Source: Ktedonobacterales bacterium (lineage in GTDB: Bacteria; Chloroflexota; Ktedonobacteria; Ktedonobacterales; JADMIN01). Taken from it: a DNA stretch of 32,000 nucleotides. The DNA lies in contig CP126532.1 in assembly GCA_030167145.1 (NCBI GenBank), positions 4,260,001 to 4,292,000 on the forward strand, written 5' to 3'. Both the position numbers and the translations under genes were made by a program. The notes below the pieces were generated by a model. It was not told the DNA's origin. It did no database searches and saw nothing but the letters and a program-made list of their open reading frames with translations. Below are positions 16,578 to 23,846 of this stretch, piece after piece. Every line of letters begins with the position of its first letter. Position 1 is the first letter of the stretch.

Positions 16578-16623
16578 CAGCCCGGAGTGGGGAGACCATT
16601 CCGGGCTGTTTTGTGTCTTTTTT
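16578..16623 (+). terminator. rho-independent terminator
   Basis: CAGCCCGGA-13 nt loop-TCCGGGCTG forms a 9-bp stem and is followed by TTTTGTGTCTTTTTT. It starts 25 nt after the stop at 16551-16553. Confidence 0.75.
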
Positions 16624-16767
16624 GTGAAGGGTCTGTGAGTAGGAGATTGACGGCGGTGAGGTAGAAATGTCTGGTCCTCAGGAGAGAAGTTGGCCATATT
16701 CCAGAGCATCAGTGGAGCACAGGTGGTGGGGTGATGTGAGGGCATACGTTATGCTACTGGCTCGCAT

Positions 16768-17451
16768 ATGGAGTACGCGGACGCGGCGCGGTATGACAGG
16801 CCGCGAGGAAGCGAGTGGAATATGACATCGAACGCAGCGAACCAGCAGGGAGCGGATGCCGCGAATATGGCACACGGGGCACAAGCGGCGAGCGCGCCGG
16901 TACATGTGCCGAGTGAACAGGAGTTTCGGGATGGGGATGCGCGGGCGCTGTATGCGCGGATGCGCCCGGACCAGCGAACGGCGATTGGCGATGAGTTTCT
17001 ACGGCAATTCCGGTTGTCGGATGATGCAGAGGCGCGGAAGCAGGACCGGAAGGTAGACGGTATGCTGTCGGCGGATGAGGTGGCGGCGCTGCATGTGTAT
17101 GCGCGTGAGCATCATCCAGAGATCGTGGAGAAGGTGTGGAAGCATCCGGTGACACAGGCCTCGCTGAGGGCGCCAGGGGTGGCCGCGCCGCCGATGAGCA
17201 AGGAGGAGGAAGAGGCGATGCAGGCGCCGGTGGTGCTGACGCCGACGGAGACGGTTTCGGTGGGCGGGGCTGGTGGATACTACGGCGGGACGCAGATGTA
17301 CCAGGAGGTCGGGGCGGTGCGATCCTCGGAGCTATTGGAAGAGCCGCGTGAATGGGATATCGCGAGCAGTGGGGATAATCAGGCGCAGAGTGAGGTGGAC
17401 CGTGCGATAGAGGAGGGCACGCACCCTGCGCCAGATCCGATGCAGGAATAG
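16768..17451 (+). CDS. hypothetical acidic protein
   Basis: 227-aa ORF with coding-like composition on this strand and no motif I recognise. The alternative start ATG 16822 (MTSNAANQ) is equally plausible. Confidence 0.45.
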   Translation: MEYADAARYDRPRGSEWNMTSNAANQQGADAANMAHGAQAASAPVHVPSEQEFRDGDARALYARMRPDQRTAIGDEFLRQFRLSDDAEARKQDRKVDGMLSADEVAALHVYAREHHPEIVEKVWKHPVTQASLRAPGVAAPPMSKEEEEAMQAPVVLTPTETVSVGGAGGYYGGTQMYQEVGAVRSSELLEEPREWDIASSGDNQAQSEVDRAIEEGTHPAPDPMQE

Positions 17452-17498
17452 GAGCGTATGGGCTGGACGGCCCAGGAAATTGCTACCGGGCGCCGCGC

Positions 17499-17711
17499 TG
17501 GCAGGTATGCTGGGGCGGCGTCGTTGTGTGAGAAGAGTTGTTTGGCAACGAGGGGATGATGTAGGATAGCGTCACGGCATATTTTCAGCGGGTGGGGTCG
17601 GCGGACAAGACGTTGCGTGAGTATCCGGGGGCGTATATCAATTTGCTCAGCGACACCAACTACGAAGAAGTGCTGGGCGACATTGATGGCTGGCTGGACG
17701 CTCATGTGTAG
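17499..17711 (+). pseudogene. relic 3' fragment of an alpha/beta-hydrolase (lysophospholipase/monoacylglycerol-lipase-like) gene
   Basis: One frame reads ...WGGVVV*EELFGNEGMM*DSVTAYFQRVGSADKTLREYPGAYINLLSDTNYEEVLGDIDGWLDAHV*. The tail matches the family C-terminus (s.DKtl..YpGayHell.e....v..di..Wl), but Ile replaces the catalytic His. There are two in-frame stops (17529, 17562) and no start codon. Confidence 0.35.
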
Positions 17712-17731
17712 CGAGGAAGTAGGGGGATGAC

Positions 17732-18652
17732 ATGGCGCAGAGCATACGACGGATGAAACTTGGGGTGATGCCGGGGCTGAGCGAGATTGGGTTCAATGGG
17801 CGCGCGCCGCGTTTTGGCGATATGCGGGCGGCGGCGCTGCTGGCGGAGCAGGTGGGATTCGATTCGTTCTGGCTGGCGGATCATCTGATCTATCGGTTTC
17901 CAGAGCGGGATGAGCAGGGCATATGGGAGGTCTTCACGTTCCTGGGGGGACTGGCGGCGGTGACGAGCCGGATATCGCTGGGGCCGCTGGTGGCCTGCAC
18001 GTCGTTTCGTAATCCGGCGCTGCTGGCGAAGATGGCGGATAGCCTGGATGAGATAAGCGATGGGCGGTTCGTGCTGGGGCTGGGCGCGGGCTGGCATGAG
18101 CCGGAGTATACGGCGTTTGGGTATCCATTCGATCATCGGGTGGGGCGCTTCGAGGAGGCGCTACAGATTATCGTGCCGCTGCTGCGTGAGGGGCATGTGG
18201 ATTTCGCGGGGCAGTATTATGAGGCGCGGAATTGTGTGCTGCGCCCGCGCGGGCCGTCGCGGTCGGGGCCGCCGATCTGGATTGGCGCGGGGAAGCCACG
18301 GATGCTGGAGCTGACGGCGCGGTATGCGGATGCGTATAACACGGTGTGGCATGTGGAGCCGGAGGAGGTGGCGGAGCCGTTCGCGGCGCTGGATGCGGCG
18401 TGTGCGCGGGTGGGACGTGACCCGAAGGCGATCACGCATACGGCGGGGGTGCATGTGCGGATGCTGGCGCGAGGGGAGCAGCCGAGGGCGAATGAGCGGC
18501 GGATCGCGGGCGAGCCGGAGGCGGTGGCAGAGAAGCTGCGTGGGTTCCGCGCGGCGGGTGTGGAGCATCTGGTGGTGGTGCTGGAGCCGAGCGACCTGAC
18601 GGGGATCGAGCGGTTCGCGGAGGTGATCGCGCTGTTAGACGAGGATGAGTAG
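17732..18652 (+). CDS. LLM-class (luciferase-like) flavin/F420-dependent oxidoreductase
   Basis: 306 aa. MKLGVMPG...FDSFWLADHL...LGLGAGW.E.E...G..F..R..RFEE is the typical luciferase-like monooxygenase family pattern. Confidence 0.85.
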   Translation: MAQSIRRMKLGVMPGLSEIGFNGRAPRFGDMRAAALLAEQVGFDSFWLADHLIYRFPERDEQGIWEVFTFLGGLAAVTSRISLGPLVACTSFRNPALLAKMADSLDEISDGRFVLGLGAGWHEPEYTAFGYPFDHRVGRFEEALQIIVPLLREGHVDFAGQYYEARNCVLRPRGPSRSGPPIWIGAGKPRMLELTARYADAYNTVWHVEPEEVAEPFAALDAACARVGRDPKAITHTAGVHVRMLARGEQPRANERRIAGEPEAVAEKLRGFRAAGVEHLVVVLEPSDLTGIERFAEVIALLDEDE

Positions 18653-18679
18653 AGTTGAAGCGCTGGCGGCCAGATCTGC

Positions 18680-18704
18680 GGGCGTCCGCCGGATGCCCCT
18701 ACGA
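18680..18704 (-). repeat. REP-like element (family R1)
   Basis: GGGCGTCCgccGGATGCCCCTACGA has one stem mismatch. It sits between convergent stops, 28 nt after the LLM stop and 8 nt after the DUF155 stop. Confidence 0.8.
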
Positions 18705-18711
18705 TGGCGTG

Positions 18712-19830
18712 TTAATGTGGGCCGATGAGCGCGACGACGAGTTCGACGGCGATGAGCACGATGACGAGGATTTCGAGGAGGGTGGCCCAGGCGGCGTGGG
18801 AGTCGTCGTGGAGCATGGAGGCGGTCTCGCGCAGGACTTGCAGCGTTTCGGCGATGCTGGCGCGCCAGACGTTGACGCGCAGGGTGGCGAGCGCGGCGGT
18901 GTAGACGCGGTTCCAGTAGACATCTTCGGAGACTTTGAGGGCGTTTTCGACGCGGGCGCTGGTCTGGGTGATGTCGGTGATGAGGGCGTGAATCTCGTGG
19001 AGGAAGGCGCCGGTTGAGCCGAGACTGCTGACGATGGGGCGGCGGCGCTGCTGAATGCGCGGGGCGATGTGCATCAGGTCGCGCTCGACCTGGTCGTCGT
19101 AGGTGCGGAAGGAGAGCAGTTCGACGTTGGCGAATTCGAGAAGCAGGGCGGCGTCGTCGCGGGCGATGGCGTCTGGTTCGATGACGATGGCGGCGCTCCA
19201 GGTGAGCAGGATCAGGTCGTCTTCGTAGTAGCTGAGCGAGGTGGCGAGCGATTGGGCTGACGCGCTGAGGGGACGGCGTTCGCCCAGGGCGGCGCGCAGC
19301 AGGGTGGGGCTTTTACCCAGCAGCGAGGCGGGTGCGCCAGGGGCGAGTTGCTCGACGAGTAGGATGGCGTAGTCTTCGGTGCGCGTGGTGACGTTGGGTT
19401 TGAGGATTGCGGGGGCGAGCATTTTGCGCAAGACGTCGCAATTGGTCTCGAAGACGCCCATGACGGAGGAAGGGACGTTCTGCACGTGGGCCATGAGGTC
19501 GGTCAGGTCGTCCCAGGTGAGCGGGTCGTCGAGCGGGAGCACCAGCCGCAGGGCGAAGATGCCGAGGTCGTAGATGCGGGCGGAGAGGTAGGCGCGCAGG
19601 TGGCGTTCGCCGATGGGCACGGTGTAGTCGCCCATACTCAGCTCTAGCGGCAATTGGGCGATCTCGATGTTGCCGCCGCGACTGGCGACGGGCCGGACAC
19701 GGGCACTGGGGGCAGAAGAGACTTCGCGTGCGCGGTCGAGGTTAATGGTGTCGGCGACATCGTAGAGTTGGTAGAGATGGAGCGCCGCTTTCTGGATTGG
19801 CGGCGGCGTGATGGTGGATAGTGGCTCCAT
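18712..19830 (-). CDS. RMD1/DUF155 (YagE-like) family membrane protein
   Basis: 372 aa. The C-terminal part DVYWNRVYTAAL..L.V..W...I...L.VL.E....L.D..H.....LEILVIVLIAVELVV matches my recollection of DUF155 (PEffW...lY...R...L..h...LEwiIIvLI.iEi) with a terminal TM helix. Confidence 0.55.
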   Translation of the reverse strand: MEPLSTITPPPIQKAALHLYQLYDVADTINLDRAREVSSAPSARVRPVASRGGNIEIAQLPLELSMGDYTVPIGERHLRAYLSARIYDLGIFALRLVLPLDDPLTWDDLTDLMAHVQNVPSSVMGVFETNCDVLRKMLAPAILKPNVTTRTEDYAILLVEQLAPGAPASLLGKSPTLLRAALGERRPLSASAQSLATSLSYYEDDLILLTWSAAIVIEPDAIARDDAALLLEFANVELLSFRTYDDQVERDLMHIAPRIQQRRRPIVSSLGSTGAFLHEIHALITDITQTSARVENALKVSEDVYWNRVYTAALATLRVNVWRASIAETLQVLRETASMLHDDSHAAWATLLEILVIVLIAVELVVALIGPH

Positions 19831-19848
19831 GGGCGGCGCTCCTTGGGG

Positions 19849-20793
19849 CTAGCGGCGGTGGAGGGTAGCTTCGACGACATCGGCCAGCGCCTGGATGAAG
19901 CGTGGGGCGGTGTTGAGCGATTGGGTGCGGGCGAACTGGATGCCGTAGCGTTCGGCCTGCTCGCGGGCGCCGATTTCGATGTCGTAGAGGATTTCGAGGT
20001 GGTCGGCGAGGAATTGCACCGGCGCGATGAGCACGGCGCGTTTGCCCGCAGCGTGTAGCTCTGGCATGAGGTCGGCAAAGTCCGGTTTGAGCCACTCTTC
20101 GGGGGTGTGCCCGGCGCTCTGGTAGCAGAACTGCCATTGGTCAGGAGTGACGTCCGCGCGCTCGGCCACAGCGGCGGCGGTTTCTTTGAGGTGATTGATG
20201 TAGTTGGGTTCGTTGGCGATGACGCGCTTGGGCATGCTGTGCGCGGTGAGCAGGACGGGGATGCTGGCGCGCTCGTCGGCTGGGAACATGGCCAGCGCCT
20301 CGCGGACTCGCTCGGCGACGGCGTCGAGGAAGGCGGGCTGCATGTGCCAATCTTCGGAGATGGCCACGGGCAGGGCGTCGCCATAGCGGTCGGCAACGGC
20401 GTCGCGCAGGGTTTCGACGTAGCCGCGCATGAGAATGGGGGAGTATTGCGGCGACATGATGATGCCAACGATCTGCTGGCTGCCTTCGGCAATCTCTGGC
20501 AGGGCGTCGCGGATGTAAGGAGGCGCGAAGCGCATGCCGACGCCGACTTTGAAGCGCGGGCCGTTGGGGTGGCGGGCGGTAAGTTCGGCTGCGAGCGCGG
20601 CGGCCTGCTCGCGGGTGATGCTCAGCAGCGGTGAGCCGCCGATGAGTTCGTAGCGGCGGCGAAATTCGGTGATGAGGTCGTCGTCGGCGGGATGGCCGCC
20701 ACGGACATTGCGCAGATATTCGGGCATGTCGTCGAGCGTGGCGGGGGAGCCGTAGGTCATGAGCATGACGCCGATGTGTTGCTCTTCGGGCAT
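19849..20793 (-). CDS. hemH: ferrochelatase
   Basis: Start MPEEQHIGVMLMTYGSP. The motifs are YGSP....D...YL...R, GGSPL, LLTAHSMPKRV and YQSAGHTPEEWLKPD. 314 aa. It lies 18 nt upstream of the DUF155 gene. Confidence 0.9.
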   Translation of the reverse strand: MPEEQHIGVMLMTYGSPATLDDMPEYLRNVRGGHPADDDLITEFRRRYELIGGSPLLSITREQAAALAAELTARHPNGPRFKVGVGMRFAPPYIRDALPEIAEGSQQIVGIIMSPQYSPILMRGYVETLRDAVADRYGDALPVAISEDWHMQPAFLDAVAERVREALAMFPADERASIPVLLTAHSMPKRVIANEPNYINHLKETAAAVAERADVTPDQWQFCYQSAGHTPEEWLKPDFADLMPELHAAGKRAVLIAPVQFLADHLEILYDIEIGAREQAERYGIQFARTQSLNTAPRFIQALADVVEATLHRR

Positions 20794-20929
20794 CTGATGT
20801 AGGTCGCTTTCCGTATGGGTGCGTTGGCGGGCTGATAATAATACACACAAGTCCGCATAAGAGTGTAGCGTATGGCGGTGGTGTCTGGCCCATCAGTGGG
20901 CGGTATCGGGTGATGAACGGCAGCGAGCT

Positions 20930-20955
20930 GGCGGTTAAAACCGCGCCTGTATGGC
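20930..20955. repeat. 26-nt motif with palindrome GCGGTTnnAACCGC (copy 2)
   Basis: GGCGGTTAAAACCGCGCCTGTATGGC lies upstream of hemH. Confidence 0.6.
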
Positions 20956-20967
20956 CTGCGGCCGCAA

Positions 20968-20985
20968 AACCCGCCTGCGCGGGTT
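20968..20985 (-). terminator. hairpin with short T-run on the minus strand (weak terminator candidate)
   Basis: The minus strand reads AACCCGC-GCAG-GCGGGTT followed by TTGCGG. The stem is 7 bp and the T-tract is only 4 nt, including stem bases. Confidence 0.3.
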
Positions 20986-21147
20986 CGGGAGAGGGCAGAG
21001 GTGGACGGGGATGAGTACCCCATGGGGAGGCGTGGGGGAGGGGTGATTGTGTGATGACTGGCAGGGCGCTATAATGGGCGCGGGCAAGCGTGACCTGACG
21101 GTGGGCGATGGGCTGGTCCGGCGATGGCAAAGATGTGTGGTCATGAA

Positions 21148-21429
21148 CCCCATGGCTAAAGCCAGGGGCTTGCAGCTCACTCGTTGCCGCGTGTCCGCGT
21201 ATGGCTGCATGACATCAGCCCGGCAAGATTGCTCCTGCCGCGAGTACAACGCTGAAGCGCTGACGTTGGACATTTTACCCTGGCGACGTTTCCCGCCAGG
21301 AACCGCCAATGTTCAGTTGGAAACGTGCTGTTTGAACCGTTTGCTCCGGCGAGCCGGAGTGCCTGAGCACACAACGAGTATAGCACAAGCAAGGGAGAGC
21401 GGCGCTTACCCCAGCCCTAAAGGGCGGGG
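21148..21429 (-). mobile_element. candidate IS200/IS605-derived miniature element (PATE-like) or orphan structured RNA
   Basis: Two similar hairpins with TTTA loops lie in the same orientation. On the minus strand they read GGCCCCGCCC-TTTA-GGGCTGGGG (21409-21429) and AGCCCCTGGC-TTTA-GCCATGGGG (21148-21168). They bracket about 240 nt with at least 4 further stems and an internal TGCTATACT extended -10 (21377-21385, minus). No credible ORF is present. Confidence 0.3.
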
Positions 21430-21447
21430 CCTCCGCGCCACGAAAAA

Positions 21448-22821
21448 GTGAAGATGGATAACGCGCGTAGGGCAGATTTCCAGACTGGCACTGATCTGGC
21501 GCTTTCTGTGCCTGCTGATATGGGGGCGATGCGGCGCGAGTGTGAGCGGTTGCGGCAGCGGAACGCGGAGCTTGAGGAGCAGGCGCGGACGCTGAGCATG
21601 TTGCAGGAGATGGTGAGCACAGTTGCGTCGGAACTGCGGCTGGATCTGTTGCCGCGCCAGATGGCGGTGGCGGCGCTACGGCTGACGGGTGCGGAGGCGT
21701 GCGCGGTGTATCTGGCGGATGGCGCGGGGGCGCTGGTGGCGAGTGCGGTGGAGACGGGTCAATCGGCGGCGGATAGCGGTATTTTCGCGCTGCTGGATCC
21801 GGCGGCGGAGTCGCGACCGGGTAGATATGCTGATGGGGCTGAGCATACGGAGGATGAGGTGCGGATGGAGCTGGGGACGGGTCTGGCGGGTTGGGTGGCA
21901 GAGCAGGCGGAGTTGGTGTTGGTGGCCGATCTGGAGCACGACCCGCGCTTTGCGCCGGAGACGTTTGCGCCGGATGCGGGGGTGCTGGGGGCGCGGCCAA
22001 GCGCGCTGCTGGCGATGCCGGTGGTCTGCGCGGATCTGGTGCTGGGGGTGGTGGAGGTGGCGTATCTGCGCGCAGGGGCGGCGTTCGACGCGAGCGGGGT
22101 GGAGTTGATTCGCACGCTGGCGATGCAGGCGGCGCCAGCGATTGCCAACGCACAGTTGTATCAGCGGTTGCGGCGCGAACGTGAGCGGATGCTGGGGGCG
22201 CAGGAAGATGAGCACGAGCAACTGGCGCAGGAGATGCGAAATGGGGTGGGGCGGAAGCTGGCGCGGCTGGTGATGCAGATCGAGCTGGCGGAGCATTTGG
22301 CGCGGCAGGAGCCGGAGAAGGTGGTGGGCGAATTGCGGGCAGTGCGGCAGACGGCGCTGGTGGCGACGCGCGAGTTGCGACAGATGCTGTTTGCGCTGCG
22401 GCCGTTGGCGCTGGAGACGGAGCATGGTGGGCTGGTGACGGCGCTGGAAACGTATCTGTTGCGCTTTCGCGGTGGCGCAGGGCCAGAGATGAGTCTGCGG
22501 GCTGAGTACGCGCGGCGGTTGCCGCACGAGGCCGAGGCGGCGGCGTTCGCGGTGCTGCGGGAGGCGATTGCGAATGTGCTGAACCACGCGAACGCGCAGA
22601 ACTGCTGGGTCGAGATTCGTGAGTACCCTGATAAGGTGGTGGCGGCGGTGCGCGATGATGGCGATGGTTTCGATATGCGCGCGGTGCAGGCGGAGTATGA
22701 GCGGAGCGGGCACTGGGGGTTGCTGAGCATGATGGAGCGGGCGGCAAGTGTGTCGGCGAAGCTGACGATTGCCTCACAGCCGGGCAAGGGTACGATATTG
22801 TCGGTGGAGCTTCCTCGTTGA
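21448..22821 (+). CDS. GAF-domain sensor histidine kinase (HisKA_3/NarX-LiaS type) with degenerate H-box
   Basis: 457 aa with an N-terminal coiled-coil and a GAF-like region (GTGLAGWVAEQAELVLVADLEHDPRF). The dimerisation/H-box is EHEQLAQEMRNGVGRKLA. The HATPase_c motifs are N-box LREAIANVLNHANA, G1 RDDGDGFD and G2 GHWGLLSMMERA...GKGT. The start is GTG 21448 or ATG 21454. Confidence 0.85.
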   Translation: MKMDNARRADFQTGTDLALSVPADMGAMRRECERLRQRNAELEEQARTLSMLQEMVSTVASELRLDLLPRQMAVAALRLTGAEACAVYLADGAGALVASAVETGQSAADSGIFALLDPAAESRPGRYADGAEHTEDEVRMELGTGLAGWVAEQAELVLVADLEHDPRFAPETFAPDAGVLGARPSALLAMPVVCADLVLGVVEVAYLRAGAAFDASGVELIRTLAMQAAPAIANAQLYQRLRRERERMLGAQEDEHEQLAQEMRNGVGRKLARLVMQIELAEHLARQEPEKVVGELRAVRQTALVATRELRQMLFALRPLALETEHGGLVTALETYLLRFRGGAGPEMSLRAEYARRLPHEAEAAAFAVLREAIANVLNHANAQNCWVEIREYPDKVVAAVRDDGDGFDMRAVQAEYERSGHWGLLSMMERAASVSAKLTIASQPGKGTILSVELPR

Positions 22822-22847
22822 CCTGTTTAACGGGCCTATGCTACACT
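22818..22847 (+). promoter_or_regulatory. extended -10 promoter candidate upstream of the ferredoxin-like gene
   Basis: TTGACC (22818-22823), 18-nt spacer ending in TGC, TACACT (22842-22847). It overlaps the kinase stop codon. The implied leader to GTG 23027 is about 170 nt. Confidence 0.5.
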
Positions 22848-23026
22848 GGCTTGTAGTGTGTCTTCTGCTCTGCTGTGTGCGATGGGTGCGCCTGTGTTCT
22901 GGCGGATGAGCGCGCGATGTGGTCGTGCGCGGGCCGAAGCGATGGGCGCGTGCATGTTGCGCTAGCGGTAGCTGGGTCGCCGGTGGGGCGTTGCTCCACA
23001 CTCAAAAAGAGACAGGAAGTGCGTCA

Positions 23027-23359
23027 GTGCCAAAGGTTACATTCGTGAATGAGGGCCGCACCGTGGAGGTGGAGGCCGGCACGTCGGTGCGCTATGCGGC
23101 GCTCGAGAATGATATTCCGCTGTATTGTATGTGGTTTGGTTTGTCGAAGCTGGCCAATTGCCATGGCAATGGCTTGTGCTGGACGGATCGGGTGCGCGTG
23201 TCGCCAGCGTCGGCGGTGAATCCACGGACGCCGCTGGAGAAGACGATGAATCAGATCGGCACGTTCCCGAAGAATCGCAGCCCGCAGACGCGGCTGGGGT
23301 GCCAGGCGCTGGTCTATGAGGATTGCGAAGTGTATACGCGGTGCAAGCCAAAGCGGTAG
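23027..23359 (+). CDS. plant-type [2Fe-2S] ferredoxin-fold protein with non-canonical ligand set
   Basis: Start GTG 23027 (VPKVTFVNEGRTVEVEAGTSVRYAALENDIPLY), with GGAAG about 8 nt upstream. The cluster loop reads NCHGNGLCWTD in place of the canonical NCGGxGxCGTC, and the fourth Cys is retained in RLGCQALV. 110 aa. Confidence 0.6.
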   Translation: MPKVTFVNEGRTVEVEAGTSVRYAALENDIPLYCMWFGLSKLANCHGNGLCWTDRVRVSPASAVNPRTPLEKTMNQIGTFPKNRSPQTRLGCQALVYEDCEVYTRCKPKR

Positions 23360-23480
23360 AGTGTGGCACACGGCTGTGCTAAGCGAGATGAGATGTGTTG
23401 CGCTCGCGCGTGGGTCCGCTGTGAAGTGGATGGGCGCGCGGATTGTGTTGGGTTTGCTGACTGAGTAGGAGAGAAGTGGT

Positions 23481-23705
23481 ATGCGTCTTGATCGCATTTT
23501 CAGCGAGGGTGAGGCGCAGGTGGCCTTGCGTAGGTTGGGATACGACGTGCGCGAGGCTGAGGGGCGTCCGGGCTTTTTTGAGCTGTCGCACGCCAACCTG
23601 GGGGGCCAGCGGACGATGACCGCCGACCAGATGATGTATTTCGCCGAAGGGTCGGCCCTGGCGGATCAACTGGCGCGGGGATTGCCGTCGCGCGAGCCTG
23701 CGTAG
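23481..23705 (+). CDS. hypothetical small protein
   Basis: 74-aa ORF with AGGAGA 8 nt upstream of the ATG and no motif I recognise. Confidence 0.45.
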   Translation: MRLDRIFSEGEAQVALRRLGYDVREAEGRPGFFELSHANLGGQRTMTADQMMYFAEGSALADQLARGLPSREPA

Positions 23706-23846
23706 GCGCGCGGAACGCCGTGGGCGCACGCCGTGCGCCCCTACGGGGGACGAATGCCGTGTGTCGCCGCGAGCGTGGCCCTTGCCCTGCTGAAATGCGT
23801 TGCGCGCCGTCTGGCGCTGTGGCGTCGTTTCAGGAGGGCATTTTTC

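Noticed and set aside
21330-21350. tRNA-like T-arm (minus-strand CGGTTCAAACAGC)
   Set aside because: It only loosely resembles GGTTCRANYCC. There is no acceptor stem, anticodon arm or CCA context around it.
21047-21451. 134-aa plus-strand ORF and 124-aa minus-strand ORF (20935..21309) in the hemH-kinase spacer
   Set aside because: Both translations are Cys/Arg-rich and irregular and have no SD. The region is better explained by hairpins and repeats.
21275-22777. 500-aa minus-strand Pro/Ala-rich ORF opposite the kinase gene (also 21676..22713 and 20141..21130)
   Set aside because: The sequence is low-complexity PAPS-rich. The plus strand encodes complete GAF, H-box and HATPase motifs.
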